Sequence record: DRR723986_13700
Direction: 5' to 3' (one strand)
Length of the DNA: 64,000 nt
This document shows, in pieces, positions 1-12,236 of this stretch; position 1 is the stretch's first letter, and each line of letters begins with the position of its first letter. Below the pieces are notes generated by a model. That model ran no database searches, was not told the origin of the DNA, and saw nothing but the letters and a program-made list of their open reading frames with translations. The translations under genes and the position numbers were made by a program.

Positions 1-24
1 GTGACTGAACCTGTAATAGCTTAA
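1..24 (+). CDS. Probable 3' end of an upstream gene (VTEPVIA*), identity not determinable
   Basis: Open frame from the window edge to TAA at 22-24, 26 nt before ilvA; too short to assign. Confidence 0.3.
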   Translation: MTEPVIA

Positions 25-50
25 GCTATTGATAGCAGATTAATAATTGC

Positions 51-1319
51 ATGAAACAAACTGAAACAATATATAAACCTTCATTACAAGCAGTTGAATC
101 AGCAGCTAACAAGCTACAAGGAATTGCCAATGTAACTCCTCTAATGAAGAATGCAAGATATTCTAAGCATTTTGATGCTAATATCTATTTTAAGAGAGAA
201 GATCTACAAGAAGTACGTTCATATAAAATCAGAGGTGCTTATAATAAAATTTCATCCTTGAGTAGTACTCAAATAGAAAATGAAATTGTTTGTGCCAGCG
301 CTGGAAATCATGCTCAAGGTGTAGCGCTTTCATGTAAACTATTAAAAATAAAAGGTACAATTTTTATGCCTGCTCCAACACCTAACCAGAAAATTGAGCA
401 GGTAAAAATGTTTGGTGAAGACTATATAAATGTGGTTTTAATTGGTGATACATTTGATGATGCCTATAAGGCTGCAATTGAAGAATGTGAAAAATTGAAT
501 AAGACCTTTATTCATCCCTTCAACGATGAAAAGGTAATTGAAGGACAAGCCACGGTTGGTTTGGAGATAATAGATCAATTTAAATCACACCCAATCGATT
601 ATGTGTTGGTACCTGTTGGTGGTGGTGGATTATCAGCTGGTTTATCTTCAGTATTTGCAGTGTTGTCGCCACAGACCAAAATTATTGGTGTCGAACCAAA
701 GGGTGCTCCATCGATGCTAACATCAATAAAAAATAATAGAAACACAGAATTAAAATCAATTGAAAACTTTGTTGATGGGGCGGCTGTCAAACGTGTCGGT
801 GATTTGAATTTTACTATCTGCAAAGAAACATTGCATGATGTTATAACGGTAGACGAAGGAAAAATTTGTCAAACCATATTAGATCTTTATAACAAAGATG
901 CAATTGTTGTTGAACCAGCAGGTGCATTAAGTCTTTCAGGTTTAGAGCAATACAAGGAGCATATTAAAGGCAAAAATGTGGTTTGTATAGTTAGTGGTAG
1001 TAACAATGATATTACAAGAACAGCAGAAATAAAGGAACGAGCCTTATTATATGCTAATCTTAAACACTATTTCATAATTAAATTCCCTCAGCGATCTGGG
1101 GCTTTGCGCGAATTTGTTGCTGAAATTCTAGGACCAACAGATGATATTACTCATTTTGAATATACAAAAAAAACCAATCGTGAAAATGGCGCAGCTGTCG
1201 TTGGCTTGCAATTAAAATCTCCAGAAGATTTAAAACCATTGATTACAAAAATGAAGCTATATAATTTTTATGGAGATTATCTAAATGATAAACCTGACTT
1301 ATTTCAATTTTTGGTGTAA
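51..1319 (+). CDS. ilvA: Threonine dehydratase (biosynthetic, short form)
   Basis: SYKIRGA PLP-lysine motif, SAGNHAQG, PVGGGGL, one C-terminal regulatory domain. Confidence 0.95.
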   Translation: MKQTETIYKPSLQAVESAANKLQGIANVTPLMKNARYSKHFDANIYFKREDLQEVRSYKIRGAYNKISSLSSTQIENEIVCASAGNHAQGVALSCKLLKIKGTIFMPAPTPNQKIEQVKMFGEDYINVVLIGDTFDDAYKAAIEECEKLNKTFIHPFNDEKVIEGQATVGLEIIDQFKSHPIDYVLVPVGGGGLSAGLSSVFAVLSPQTKIIGVEPKGAPSMLTSIKNNRNTELKSIENFVDGAAVKRVGDLNFTICKETLHDVITVDEGKICQTILDLYNKDAIVVEPAGALSLSGLEQYKEHIKGKNVVCIVSGSNNDITRTAEIKERALLYANLKHYFIIKFPQRSGALREFVAEILGPTDDITHFEYTKKTNRENGAAVVGLQLKSPEDLKPLITKMKLYNFYGDYLNDKPDLFQFLV

Positions 1320-1386
1320 CTTAACATTTGATTAACCTATTGTAATTGAGCTTTATCGTAACTTCAACATTTTTAAATAAACTGTT

Positions 1387-2979
1387 ATGACATCTTCTTT
1401 CATCGAAATTCCAGAAAAGTTTAGAATAAATAAATTAATTCATCAGACTACTTATCTTTTAAATGGAGAATTAGTAGAATGGAGAGGTGATACCTCCAAT
1501 ATTTACTCTACCATTTCTTCAACTGGAGACTATCAACCAACACTTTTAGGCAGTATTCCTGTATTAACTGAAAAAGAAGCGCTAATGGCATTGGATGCAG
1601 CTTCAGATGCTTATGGTAAAGGTAAAGGACTGTGGCCCACGATGAAGGTTGCCGACAGAATTTCATGTATGGAAAAATTTGTTCGGCAAATGAAGACTAA
1701 ACGTAAGGAAGTGGTGAAATTACTTATGTGGGAAATTGGTAAAAATCTGCCTGATTCTGAAAAAGAATTTGATAGAACAGTTGAATATATTTATGATACT
1801 ATTGAAGATTACAAACAGATGGATCGCAATAGTGCAAAGTTTCAAAAGCAAGGTGGCGTTCATGCACATATAAGAAGAGGTCCTCTTGGTGTAGTGCTTT
1901 GTTTAGGCCCTTATAATTATCCTTTAAATGAAACTTTTGCTTTACTCATTCCAGCATTAATGATGGGTAATACAGCAATTTTTAAGCCTGCAAAATATGG
2001 TGTGCTATTGTTAACACCTCTTATTGAGGCATTTCAAAATAGTTTTCCTAAAGGTGTAGTAAATATACTTTTTGGTAGAGGTCGCACTGTAGCAACACCA
2101 ATAATGAAGGATGGTCGCGTTGATGTTTTAGCCTTAATTGGCCATAGTAATTCAGCTAATGCTTTACAAGATGTGCACCCCAAAAGCAATAGGTTAAGAA
2201 TGGTATTGGGATTGGAGGCCAATAATCCCGCGATTATTTTACCAGATGCAGATCTCGGACTAGCTATTCAAGAGTGTATTAATGGAACGACATCATTTAA
2301 TGGCCAGCGTTGTACAGCATTGAAAGTACTTTATGTTCATAAAGATATTGTTGATGAATTCAATAAGCGTTTTTCTGAAAAAATTGATAATTTAAAGTTT
2401 GGCAATCCCTGGGATGAAGGAGCTCAACTCACACCTCTTCCCGAGCCAAATAAACCTGCATACATTCAAGAATTAATTGATGATGCTATTGACAATGGTG
2501 CTCAAATAATTAATAACAAGGGTGGAGAAACAACAGAAAACTACATCTTCCCTGCTATTATGTACCCATCTAACAACGGAATGCGTGTTTGTCAAGAGGA
2601 ACAGTTTGGACCAATAATTCCAATAATTCCATTTAATGATATTGAGGAGCCACTGGACGACATGGCATCCTCAAACTATGGGCAACAAGTAAGCTTATTT
2701 GGAAAAGAGACCAAAACTCTCGCGCCATTAATAGACACCTTAGTTAATCTCGTTTGTCGTGTCAATTTAAACAGTTCTTGCCAAAGAGGACCAGATGTGT
2801 ATCCTTTTACCGGTAGAAAAGATTCTGCTGTCGCAACCTTAAGTGTTCGTGATGCACTTAGATCATTTTCAATTAGAACATTTGTTGCATCTAAAGACAA
2901 TGAATACAACAATGAAATACTTAAAGAGCTATTAGACTCAAAAGCATCAAACTTTGTAAGCACAGATTATATTCTTTAA
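1387..2979 (+). CDS. gapN: NADP-dependent non-phosphorylating glyceraldehyde-3-phosphate dehydrogenase (ALDH family)
   Basis: [17 protein letters not shown] catalytic Cys, [22 protein letters not shown]. Confidence 0.85.
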   Translation: MTSSFIEIPEKFRINKLIHQTTYLLNGELVEWRGDTSNIYSTISSTGDYQPTLLGSIPVLTEKEALMALDAASDAYGKGKGLWPTMKVADRISCMEKFVRQMKTKRKEVVKLLMWEIGKNLPDSEKEFDRTVEYIYDTIEDYKQMDRNSAKFQKQGGVHAHIRRGPLGVVLCLGPYNYPLNETFALLIPALMMGNTAIFKPAKYGVLLLTPLIEAFQNSFPKGVVNILFGRGRTVATPIMKDGRVDVLALIGHSNSANALQDVHPKSNRLRMVLGLEANNPAIILPDADLGLAIQECINGTTSFNGQRCTALKVLYVHKDIVDEFNKRFSEKIDNLKFGNPWDEGAQLTPLPEPNKPAYIQELIDDAIDNGAQIINNKGGETTENYIFPAIMYPSNNGMRVCQEEQFGPIIPIIPFNDIEEPLDDMASSNYGQQVSLFGKETKTLAPLIDTLVNLVCRVNLNSSCQRGPDVYPFTGRKDSAVATLSVRDALRSFSIRTFVASKDNEYNNEILKELLDSKASNFVSTDYIL

Positions 2980-3044
2980 ATAAAACCTCTAAAAATGAGA
3001 TATTTACATTTTAGAAGTAACTAATTCAGAAATTCACAAAACTT

Positions 3045-4517
3045 CTAAGAAACAGCTAAGCTTACCAAATCTCCATCTTCATTTTTAGTAGCTAAATCCG
3101 ATTTACCCATTAAGTAGATATCCACTTGTCTTGCTGCTTCTCTACCTTCAGAAATAGCCCAAACAATTAGTGATTGACCTCGTCTCATATCACCAGCTGT
3201 AAATATGTTTGGAATATTGGTTTGGTATTTACCATAAGCCGCTTTATAATTTGAACGCACGTCTCTTTCAATTCCCAATTTGTCTGCTAGTGTAGACTCA
3301 GGTCCTGTAAACCCTAATGCCAATAAAGCTAAATCACAAGGCCAAGTTTTTTCTGTACCTGAAATTTCAATCAGTTTCGGTCGCTTTCCTGGTACCATTT
3401 CCCATTCTACATTTACCGTTTTAAGAGCCGTAAGCTTTCCGTTTTTATCTGTAATAAATTCCTTAGTATTAATTAACCAGTTACGCTCAACACCTTCTTT
3501 ATGAGAAGATGATGTCTTTAGTTGAAATGGCCAATATGGCCAAGGTGTTGTTGGAGAACGATGTCCTGGTGGTTTTGGCATAATCTCAAAATTAATAACC
3601 GATTTTGCACCTTGACGATTCGATGTCCCAATACAGTCAGAACCTGTATCTCCACCACCAATGACGATTACGTTTTTATCTATTGCTAATATTTGATCTT
3701 TTATCTCTTGCCCAAAAACCACTTTTGTTTGTTGAGTTAAAAAATCCATGGCTTGCACGACTCCATCAGCATCAATTCCTGGTGTTGGTAAACTTCGTCT
3801 CTCTGAAGCACCTCCACACAATACAACCGCATCAAAAGCTTTTAGTTCTTCAACATCATAATTTACACCAACATTAACATTGGTTTTAAACATAATACCT
3901 TCAGCTTCAAGAATCGCTAAACGACGATCTATGATACCTTTTTCCATTTTAAAATTTGGTATTCCATAGCGAAGCAGTCCTCCAATTGCATCATCGCGTT
4001 CAAAAACAGTAACTGTATGACCTGCTCTGTTTAATTGCTGCGCTGCTGCCAATCCTGCCGGACCCGAACCAACAATAGCAATAGTTTTATCCGTTCTAGT
4101 TTTAGGAGGTTGTGGTTTTATCCAACCTTCTTTAAAAGCACGTTCAACAATATTCTTTTCAATATTTTCTATGGAAACCGGATCTTCAATAATACCTAAA
4201 ACACAGGCTTGCTCGCATGGCGCAGGACATAGTCGTCCTGTAAACTCTGGGAAATTATTTGTAGAATGCAAAATCCAGGAGGCTTTTTGCCACTCTCCTT
4301 GATGCACCATATGATTAAAATCTGGAATTAAATTCCCAAGCGGACAACCACTATGGCAAAACGGAATTCCGCAATCCATACAACGCGATCCTTGTTTTGT
4401 GATTTCTTTTTCACTCAAAGGTACAGTAAATTCATTATAATGTTTAACACGATCCTTTACAGGTGTGTACTTCTCATCTGCTCTATCGAATTCTTTAAAA
4501 CCTGTTACTTTTCCCAT
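3045..4517 (-). CDS. gltD: Glutamate synthase small subunit
   Basis: RCMDCGIPFC Fe-S motif, GSGPAGLAAA, GGGDTGSDC, GDMRRGQSL; follows gltB. Confidence 0.97.
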   Translation of the reverse strand: MGKVTGFKEFDRADEKYTPVKDRVKHYNEFTVPLSEKEITKQGSRCMDCGIPFCHSGCPLGNLIPDFNHMVHQGEWQKASWILHSTNNFPEFTGRLCPAPCEQACVLGIIEDPVSIENIEKNIVERAFKEGWIKPQPPKTRTDKTIAIVGSGPAGLAAAQQLNRAGHTVTVFERDDAIGGLLRYGIPNFKMEKGIIDRRLAILEAEGIMFKTNVNVGVNYDVEELKAFDAVVLCGGASERRSLPTPGIDADGVVQAMDFLTQQTKVVFGQEIKDQILAIDKNVIVIGGGDTGSDCIGTSNRQGAKSVINFEIMPKPPGHRSPTTPWPYWPFQLKTSSSHKEGVERNWLINTKEFITDKNGKLTALKTVNVEWEMVPGKRPKLIEISGTEKTWPCDLALLALGFTGPESTLADKLGIERDVRSNYKAAYGKYQTNIPNIFTAGDMRRGQSLIVWAISEGREAARQVDIYLMGKSDLATKNEDGDLVSLAVS

Positions 4518-4521
4518 AATC

Positions 4522-7500
4522 CTATACTGTTTCTAATGCTTCAACCATTTGCTCTTCTGTCTCTAAACGCTTCAAAGCGCGCTTGTATTCAGTTGGCATC
4601 ACTTTTACAAAATGACTTAAACTTGTTTCCCAATCCGCTAATAATTGCCTTCCTCTTTGGCTATCTGTATATTGTACATGCTTCTTAATCAAACTCTTTA
4701 ATTCAACCGCATCTTTCTTAAGAATCTTTTCAAATTCAATCGTTTCGGTATTACATAATCCGTTTACGAATTTGTTTTCAGGATCATAAACATAAGCAAT
4801 ACCTCCACTCATACCTGCTGCAAAATTACGCCCTGTTTTACCAAGCACAACAACTTTTCCGCCTGTCATATACTCACAACAATGATCACCAACACCTTCT
4901 ACAACTGCCGTCGCACCTGAGTTTCTAACCGCAAAACGCTCACCAGCAATTCCATTAATGTAGGCTTGACCTTCTACTGCTCCGAATAAGCAGACATTAC
5001 CAACAATAATATTCTCTTCTGCTTTGAAATCAGCTTTTGCTGGTTTCTTTACAATTAATTTAGCACCTGATAGTCCTTTACCTAGATAATCGTTTGTGTT
5101 TCCTTCGAGTGTAAAACTTAGTCCATGCGCTCCAAAGGCACCAAAACTCTGACCTGCAGAACCTTCAAAATGAATATTTAAAGTATCCTCTGGCAGACCA
5201 AGATGTCCATATATTTTTGAAATTTCATTACTCACAATCGCGCCAACGGTTCGATTGGTGTTTTTAATTGGGTAAGACAAACTCATTTGTTCTTTTCGAT
5301 ATAACGCACGATGTGAATCTTTAAGAATTTTAAAGTCTAAAACATTATCTAAATTATGATCTTGTTTCTCGGTATTCTTCACCGTCATTTTACCGTAAGC
5401 TTCTGGTCTGTGTAATATTGAAGATAAATCTAAGCCCTTTGCTTTGTAATGCTTAATGGCTTTATTAGCATTTATCTTATGAGTCTGACCAATCATTTCC
5501 GCCATAGTTCTAAATCCTAATTCGGCCATAATTCCTCTTAACTCTTCAGCGATATAGTAGAAGAAATTAATCACATGTTCAGGTGTGCCCTTAAAGTTTT
5601 TACGCAATTCTTTATCTTGAGTTGCAATACCTACCGGACAAGTATTTAAATGACATTTACGCATCATTATACATCCTGAAGCAACTAATGGCGCAGTAGC
5701 AAATCCAAATTCTTCAGCACCTAATAATGCTGCAATCGCTACATCACGACCAGTCTTTAATTGCCCATCGCATTCTACAACAATTCTACTTCTTAGATCA
5801 TTTAGCACTAATGTTTGTTGAGCTTCTGCTATACCTAGTTCCCATGGTAATCCTGCATGCTTTAATGATGTTAATGGTGAAGCACCTGTTCCACCATCAT
5901 AACCCGATATTAAAACGACATCTGCTTTTGCTTTTGCAACACCTGCAGCGATGGTTCCTACGCCTACTTCAGACACTAGTTTTACATTAATTCTGGCATT
6001 TCGATTTGCATTTTTCAGATCATAAATCAACTGTGCTAAATCTTCAATTGAATAAATATCGTGGTGTGGTGGTGGCGAAATTAAACCTACAAAAGGTGTA
6101 GAATTTCGAGCAGCCGCAATCCATGGTAACACTTTCTCACCTGGTAACTGACCACCTTCACCCGGTTTAGCACCTTGAGCCATTTTAATTTGAATCTCCT
6201 TAGCATTGGTTAAATAGTGAGACGTCACTCCAAAACGTCCTGAAGCGACTTGTTTAATGGCAGAATTTCTGCTATCTCCATTAACGTCTGGTTGAAAACG
6301 ATTACGATCCTCTCCTCCTTCTCCTGAATTGGATTTTCCACCAATTCTGTTCATGGCTATTGCCAAATTTTCATGTGCTTCACGAGAAATCGAACCATAA
6401 GACATGGCTCCTGTTTTGAAACGCTTTACAATTTCTGTCCAAGGTTCTACCTCATCAATTGGTATAGGATCAATATTATTAAACTCAAATAACCCACGAA
6501 TAGTCATTAAATTCTTAGACTGTTCATTTATATTTTTAGCATATACATCATAACTCTTTTGATCGCTTAACCTAACCGCTTGTTGCAGTTTCGCAACTGT
6601 TGTAGGATTAAATAAATGTTTTTCTCCATTTCGTCTCCATCTGTAATCTCCACCAATATTTAGGCCTAAACTCTTATTAACTTCAGTATTTGGATAAGCA
6701 TGTTGATATCGTTTATCAATTTCTTTTTCGATTTCATATAACCCAATGCCTTCTATTCTAGATGTAGTATATGGAAAGTACTTTTCAACGAATTGGGAGT
6801 TAAAACCAACGATTTCAAATATTTGAGAACCTCTATACGAACGTAAGGTTGAGATTCCTATTTTATTCATTATTTTCAGAATTCCTTTTCCAATGGCTTT
6901 ATTGAAATTATCAACCGCTTTTTGTTCATCCATATCAGTAATGAAGCCCTCTTTAACTTGCATTCTAATAATTTCGTTTACCATATAAGGATTTACAGCA
7001 CTGGCTCCATAACCAAATAAGGTTGCGAAATGATGTGGTTCACGTGGTTCTGCAGATTCAATAATTATATCGAAATATGATCTTTTGCGCAAACGATTCA
7101 TTTGATGAGTCACATAAGAACAGGCCAATAAAGCAGGTATTGGTGCCATTTCTTTACTAACACCTCTATCTGATAAAATGATAATGTTTGTTTTTCGTTC
7201 TAAGGCTTTTTCAATTTGAACAATGATGTTATCCAAGGCATCTTCTAGACCGTTTAAACCTTTAGCCTTTTGGTATAATATTTCTATAGTTTCGGCTTTA
7301 TAGCTTTCAACTTTTATATTTCTAATTTTATCTAAATCGTCATTAGATATTACTGGGTTCTGAATTTTTAATTTTCTACATTGTCTTTCTGTAATGCTGA
7401 AAATATTTCGATCTTTTCCTAAGGCCAAACTAATATCTGTTACGATTTCTTCTCTAATCCCATCTAGAGGTGGATTAGTAACCTGAGCAAACAACTGTTT

Positions 7501-9036
7501 GAAGTAATTTGAAATTAACTGCGGTTTATTAGATAAAACCGCCAAAGGCGTATCAATTCCCATAGAACCTAAAGCCTCTTTAGCCTTTTGTGCCATTGGT
7601 GTGATGACTTCTTGAATATCTTCAAACGTGTAATTGAATAAACGTTGTCTCGTTTTTATATCTAAGGTTTCAATTGGACAGGTTTCACCTGTGTAGGGAA
7701 TGTCTTTTAAATGTAATCTTGTCTTATCTAACCATTCTTGATAAGGTCTTTCTTTAACAATCTTACTTTTAATTTCTTCGTCATTAATGATTCGACCTTG
7801 GTTCATGTCTACTAAAAACATTTTTCCAGGCTCTAAACGACCATGACTTTCAACATCTTCTGGTGCAATATCTACCACACCAATTTCTGAAGACATAATT
7901 AGTTTTCCACTTTTAGTGACCGTATATCTTGAAGGTCTCAGTCCATTTCGATCTAATAATGCTCCTATATAATTCCCATCTGTAAACGGTACTGAAGCAG
8001 GTCCATCCCAAGGTTCCATAATACAAGAGTTATAATCGTAAAACGCTTTTCGTTCTGTAGACATTGTGGCATGTTTTTCCCATGCTTCAGGAATCATCAT
8101 CATCATCACTTCTGGAAGAGAACGTCCTGTATGAGTTAATAATTCCACAACCATGTCCATAGACGCAGAATCTGATTTTCCTGGCAGAATAATTGGGAAT
8201 AATTTTTCTATTTGCGGCCCAAAGACATCACTTTTCATGATTTCTTCACGAACTCGCATTCGACTTACATTGCCTCGAAGTGTGTTAATTTCACCATTCT
8301 GACACATGAATCGAAAAGGTTGTGCTAATTCCCAAGTCGGCATTGTATTAGTAGAAAAGCGTTGGTGTACCAATGCTAAACGTGTTACCAAATCATCTTC
8401 TTGTAAGTCTTTATAATAAGGACCAATATCCTCTGGCATAATTATACCTTTATATATAAGGGTATTCATAGATAAGCTAGAGACATAGAAATATGAACTT
8501 TGCGACATTTTAGATTTTCTAACAGTGTGCTCAGTTATTTTACGTGCTGCATATAATTTAGCTTTAAAATCAGCTTCAGAAACTTCGTTTGATTTACCAA
8601 CAAAAAGCTGTTCTATATTAGGTTCTGATGCTAATGCTATTTCGCCTAATTGAGTCGAATCTACAGGCACTTCTCGCCATCCTATAACAGAAAGCCCCTG
8701 AGCAATAATTTCCTTTTCGAAAGTATCCTTACAGAATTTATATTGATTTCTGTTTTTGGGTAAGAATACCATTCCAACAGCATATTTTCCTTTTACGGGA
8801 ACTTTAAAACCACAAACGCGTTTAAAATAAGCATGAGGTATATCTATCAATAAACCTGCTCCATCTCCAGTTTTACCATCAGCACTAACACCACCACGAT
8901 GTTCTAGCTTTACCAAAATTTCTAAAGCATCATGTATAATTTGATTTGTCTTTTCTCCTTTAAGGTTACATATAAATCCTGCACCACAATTTTCGTGTTC
9001 AAATTCTGGTAAATAAAGTCCTTGTTTCTTCAGCAT
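4522..9036 (-). CDS. gltB: Glutamate synthase large subunit
   Basis: N-terminal CG amidotransferase start, [31 protein letters not shown] 3Fe-4S motif; 1504 aa. Confidence 0.98.
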   Translation of the reverse strand: MLKKQGLYLPEFEHENCGAGFICNLKGEKTNQIIHDALEILVKLEHRGGVSADGKTGDGAGLLIDIPHAYFKRVCGFKVPVKGKYAVGMVFLPKNRNQYKFCKDTFEKEIIAQGLSVIGWREVPVDSTQLGEIALASEPNIEQLFVGKSNEVSEADFKAKLYAARKITEHTVRKSKMSQSSYFYVSSLSMNTLIYKGIIMPEDIGPYYKDLQEDDLVTRLALVHQRFSTNTMPTWELAQPFRFMCQNGEINTLRGNVSRMRVREEIMKSDVFGPQIEKLFPIILPGKSDSASMDMVVELLTHTGRSLPEVMMMMIPEAWEKHATMSTERKAFYDYNSCIMEPWDGPASVPFTDGNYIGALLDRNGLRPSRYTVTKSGKLIMSSEIGVVDIAPEDVESHGRLEPGKMFLVDMNQGRIINDEEIKSKIVKERPYQEWLDKTRLHLKDIPYTGETCPIETLDIKTRQRLFNYTFEDIQEVITPMAQKAKEALGSMGIDTPLAVLSNKPQLISNYFKQLFAQVTNPPLDGIREEIVTDISLALGKDRNIFSITERQCRKLKIQNPVISNDDLDKIRNIKVESYKAETIEILYQKAKGLNGLEDALDNIIVQIEKALERKTNIIILSDRGVSKEMAPIPALLACSYVTHQMNRLRKRSYFDIIIESAEPREPHHFATLFGYGASAVNPYMVNEIIRMQVKEGFITDMDEQKAVDNFNKAIGKGILKIMNKIGISTLRSYRGSQIFEIVGFNSQFVEKYFPYTTSRIEGIGLYEIEKEIDKRYQHAYPNTEVNKSLGLNIGGDYRWRRNGEKHLFNPTTVAKLQQAVRLSDQKSYDVYAKNINEQSKNLMTIRGLFEFNNIDPIPIDEVEPWTEIVKRFKTGAMSYGSISREAHENLAIAMNRIGGKSNSGEGGEDRNRFQPDVNGDSRNSAIKQVASGRFGVTSHYLTNAKEIQIKMAQGAKPGEGGQLPGEKVLPWIAAARNSTPFVGLISPPPHHDIYSIEDLAQLIYDLKNANRNARINVKLVSEVGVGTIAAGVAKAKADVVLISGYDGGTGASPLTSLKHAGLPWELGIAEAQQTLVLNDLRSRIVVECDGQLKTGRDVAIAALLGAEEFGFATAPLVASGCIMMRKCHLNTCPVGIATQDKELRKNFKGTPEHVINFFYYIAEELRGIMAELGFRTMAEMIGQTHKINANKAIKHYKAKGLDLSSILHRPEAYGKMTVKNTEKQDHNLDNVLDFKILKDSHRALYRKEQMSLSYPIKNTNRTVGAIVSNEISKIYGHLGLPEDTLNIHFEGSAGQSFGAFGAHGLSFTLEGNTNDYLGKGLSGAKLIVKKPAKADFKAEENIIVGNVCLFGAVEGQAYINGIAGERFAVRNSGATAVVEGVGDHCCEYMTGGKVVVLGKTGRNFAAGMSGGIAYVYDPENKFVNGLCNTETIEFEKILKKDAVELKSLIKKHVQYTDSQRGRQLLADWETSLSHFVKVMPTEYKRALKRLETEEQMVEALETV

Positions 9037-9233
9037 AATTCAAAAAAATTATAAAGGCGTTTTGTGCCTTATTATATCTCTAAGATATACTTCAAAATCC
9101 GATTAAAAAAAAAGTAGAAACACTTTTCTCATATCGATAATTAAGGGCTTTCTAAATGAAAAATTAGCAATGAAAACGCCATATAATGGTGAATAGATAA
9201 TGGAAAATAGTCAATGAAAACGGTACTTTGTCA

Positions 9234-9247
9234 CGAAAACGTTTTCG
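9234..9247. promoter_or_regulatory. Perfect 14-bp palindrome CGAAAACGTTTTCG, LacI-family-like operator
   Basis: Perfect inverted repeat with central CG in the gltB/porin divergent intergenic region. Confidence 0.55.
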
Positions 9248-9328
9248 AGAATTTACACTTATCAAATTATTAATAAAAGTGCTTTTTACCATTATGGATT
9301 TACCAAAAAAACATTAAAAAATAGTTTA

Positions 9329-9400
9329 ACCCCAAAATTTATAGGGTTTAAAATAAAATATTCATAATAATTACATTTATACCCCATTTTTTTATAGGGT
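9329..9400. promoter_or_regulatory. Two ACCC-N11/12-GGGT inverted-repeat sites (9329-9347, 9381-9400), candidate operators
   Basis: ACCCCAAAATTTATAGGGT and ACCCCATTTTTTTATAGGGT, starts 52 bp apart, in very AT-rich DNA. Confidence 0.55.
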
Positions 9401-9416
9401 ATTTATAAATTTTATA

Positions 9417-9424
9417 TAGATTTG
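9417..9424 (+). promoter_or_regulatory. Bacteroidota housekeeping promoter -7 element (TAGATTTG) for porin-glnK-amtB
   Basis: Exact TAnnTTTG match 31 nt upstream of the ATG at 9456. Confidence 0.6.
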
Positions 9425-9455
9425 AACCGAATTAACTATTATTAATTATTTTATT

Positions 9456-10488
9456 ATGAAAAAATTATTTACTCTAGTATTACTATTAACATCAATAGTT
9501 TTAACTGCACAAGATACTACTGAAGAAACTACAGAAAAGAAATTCTCTATATCTGGTAGCGTTGATGCATATTATCAAACTTATTTATCAGCACCAGATG
9601 ATGCTGGTGTAACTTTCGGAACTGCTTTTGCAGATCAAACAGGTTTTGCAATAGGGATGGGAAACATCATCGCGAGCTATGAAAATGGTAAAGTAGGTGC
9701 AGTTCTTGATTTAGTAACTGGGCCAAGAGGTGCTGGAGCAACTTTTAGTAACGATATTGTTGATGGAATTGTAAATCAAGCATACGCTTATTGGAATGTT
9801 TCAGAAAGTACAACTTTAACATTTGGACGTTTCAATACGTTTTTAGGGTATGAAGTTATTGCGCCTGCAGCAAATTTCAACTATAGTACATCTTATTTGT
9901 TTTCTAGTGGACCTTTTTCACATGTAGGTTTAAAAGCTGATTTTGCTTTATCTGATGATTTTAGCTTAATGCTAGCAGTAATGAATCCATGGGACACAAA
10001 CAATACCTCTACAACAGGTGAATATTCTTTTGGTGCACAGTTAGGGTATTCTGGTCAATTCTTAAACTTATACTACGATAGTGGTAATAATGGAGGCTTA
10101 GGTTTTGAAGTTGATTATACAGGAGGTTTTGATCTTTCTGATGAATTTTTCTTAGGGATCAACGCTGCATATAATGACAATGATGGAAGTGGTTTTTACG
10201 GAGCGGCACTTTACCCACAATATGCTACATCTGATGATTTTAGTATTGGATTAAGAGGTGAGTACTTCGCATTACATGGTGATGATGATGGCATCGACTA
10301 CCCAAGTGTACTAGGATTAACATTAACAGGTAGTTACACTGTTGATAGTAATTTAATCATCAAGCCAGAGTTTAGATTAGATTCTTTGACTGATGCAGAT
10401 GGAGGTCTTTATGGTAATGTATTAGATAATGATGGCAGCTGCTAGTAGCTTAAGTGCATTTACATTAGCTGCAATCTATACGTTTTAA
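9456..10488 (+). CDS. Outer-membrane beta-barrel (putative porin), frameshifted near the C-terminus
   Basis: Signal peptide and alternating aromatic beta-strands; ORF stops at 10445, but the +1 frame continues AAASSLSAFTLAAIYTF* to 10488, a typical terminal-Phe barrel end. Confidence 0.8.
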
Positions 10489-10513
10489 AATATACTAACT
10501 AACAATAAATACA

Positions 10514-10852
10514 ATGAAAAAAGTTGAAGCTATTATTAGAAAATCTAAATTTTCTACAGTAAAAAACGCACTACATGAAGTAGGTGTAAACTTCTTCTCT
10601 TACTGGGACGTAACAGGACTAGGGAATGAAAAAGAAGGACATGTTTATAGAGGTGTCTCTTATAGCACTAGTGATATTCAAAGACGATATTTATCTATCG
10701 TTGTCAATGACGATTTTGAAGATATAACAATAAAAACAATACTTGATTCTGCATCTACAGGAGATGTTGGTGATGGTAAAATCTTTGTCTCTCACATAGA
10801 TGAAGTATACAGAATAAGAACTGGAGAAAAAGGAGGACAAACTTTAAAATAA
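10514..10852 (+). CDS. glnK: P-II nitrogen regulatory protein
   Basis: 112 aa, MKKVEAIIR, YRG T-loop, TGDVGDGKIFV, RIRTGE; adjacent to amtB. Confidence 0.93.
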   Translation: MKKVEAIIRKSKFSTVKNALHEVGVNFFSYWDVTGLGNEKEGHVYRGVSYSTSDIQRRYLSIVVNDDFEDITIKTILDSASTGDVGDGKIFVSHIDEVYRIRTGEKGGQTLK

Positions 10853-10861
10853 CTAACTAAA

Positions 10862-12091
10862 ATGGAATTATTAACTACAAATAATGTATGGATGATGATC
10901 TGTACAGCTCTTGTTTTCTTTATGCACTTAGGTTTTGCATTTTTAGAAATCGGATTAACACGTCAAAAGAATACAATTAACATATTATTTAAAAATATAT
11001 TTATTATCACCGTAGGTTTACTACTCTATTGCTTAGTTGGATTCAACTTAATGTATCCAGGAGACTTCAATGGATTTTTAGGATTCGCAGGCTTTGGTTT
11101 AGATGCACCAATGGTTGAAGGAGCTTTAGATTTAGCTTACAATGAAGGTTACACTTACTGGACAGATTTCTTATTCCAAGGTATGTTTGCCGCAACTGCA
11201 GCAACAATCGTATCTGGAGCTGTAGCAGAACGTATGAAAATTGGACCATTTATGGTTTTCACGGTAATTTACGTCGGATTAATTTACCCAATCGCGGGTT
11301 CTTGGAAATGGGGAGGTGGATTTTTACAAACTCTAGAAACACCTTTTTACGATTTTGCAGGTTCTACATTAGTACACTCTGTAGGTGGCTGGGCAGCATT
11401 AGTAGCTGTTTGCCTATTAGGTTCTAGAATAGGTAAGTTTAAAGACGGAAAACTACAGGCGATTCCTGGTCATAATATTCCATTAGCGACTGCTGGTGTT
11501 ATAATCTTATGGTTAGGTTGGTTTGGTTTTAACGGTGGGTCTGTTTTATCTGCTGATCCTGGACTAACATCATTAACTTTAGTTACAACATGTTTGGCTG
11601 CTGCAGCTGGCGGTGTTGTTGCCGCCCTGGTTTCTACCTTACGTTATAAAAATTTAGATTTAACAATGTTCCTTAATGGTATATTAGGTGGTCTTGTTGG
11701 TATTACTGCTGGTGCAGATCAAATGAGCCCGACTGATGCTATTATTATTGGAGCTGTTGCAGGTGCAATCATCGTATTTGCTGTATCTCTAATTGACAAA
11801 CTTAAATTGGATGATCCTGTTGGTGCCATTGCAGTACACTTGGTATGTGGTATTTGGGGAACTTTGGCTGTAGGAATATTTGGTGCGTTAGCCAGCGGAG
11901 CACAGTTTGTAAGTCAACTTATTGGTGTGGCTTCTTATGCTGCCATCTGTATAGTGTCTTCTTTCATAATCATTTTTATAATGAAGAAAACTGTTGGCAT
12001 CAGAGTTTCTGAACGCGAAGAATTAGAAGGTTTAGACGCACATGAGCATGGTATGGATGCATATCCAGACTTTAGATTAAACGAACACTAA
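10862..12091 (+). CDS. amtB: Ammonium transporter
   Basis: FQGMFA, SGAVAER, DFAGSTLVH, WFGFNGGS, DDPVGAIAVH. Confidence 0.97.
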   Translation: MELLTTNNVWMMICTALVFFMHLGFAFLEIGLTRQKNTINILFKNIFIITVGLLLYCLVGFNLMYPGDFNGFLGFAGFGLDAPMVEGALDLAYNEGYTYWTDFLFQGMFAATAATIVSGAVAERMKIGPFMVFTVIYVGLIYPIAGSWKWGGGFLQTLETPFYDFAGSTLVHSVGGWAALVAVCLLGSRIGKFKDGKLQAIPGHNIPLATAGVIILWLGWFGFNGGSVLSADPGLTSLTLVTTCLAAAAGGVVAALVSTLRYKNLDLTMFLNGILGGLVGITAGADQMSPTDAIIIGAVAGAIIVFAVSLIDKLKLDDPVGAIAVHLVCGIWGTLAVGIFGALASGAQFVSQLIGVASYAAICIVSSFIIIFIMKKTVGIRVSEREELEGLDAHEHGMDAYPDFRLNEH

Positions 12092-12132
12092 GTGTTTTAA
12101 AATTGATTACTTAGTTTAATTAGTTGTTAGGG

Positions 12133-12167
12133 AAAAACCCTCTGAGTAAATTGCTTAGAGGGTTTTT
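12133..12167 (+). terminator. Intrinsic terminator after amtB
   Basis: AAAAACCCTCTGAG...CTTAGAGGGTTTTT hairpin with T-tract. Confidence 0.8.
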
Positions 12168-12175
12168 ATTATAAC

Positions 12176-12213
12176 AAAGAAAAAGCCTGTTAAGTTTAAA
12201 ACTTAACAGGCTT
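12176..12213 (-). terminator. Intrinsic terminator after ppc
   Basis: AAGCCTGTTAAGTTT/AAACTTAACAGGCTT inverted repeat, followed by a T-run on the minus strand. Confidence 0.75.
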
Positions 12214-12236
12214 CCACATTTATAGCATAAAATAAT

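Noticed and set aside
2985-3017. Bidirectional terminator between gapN and gltD
   Set aside because: Only a weak AT-rich imperfect stem; not convincing
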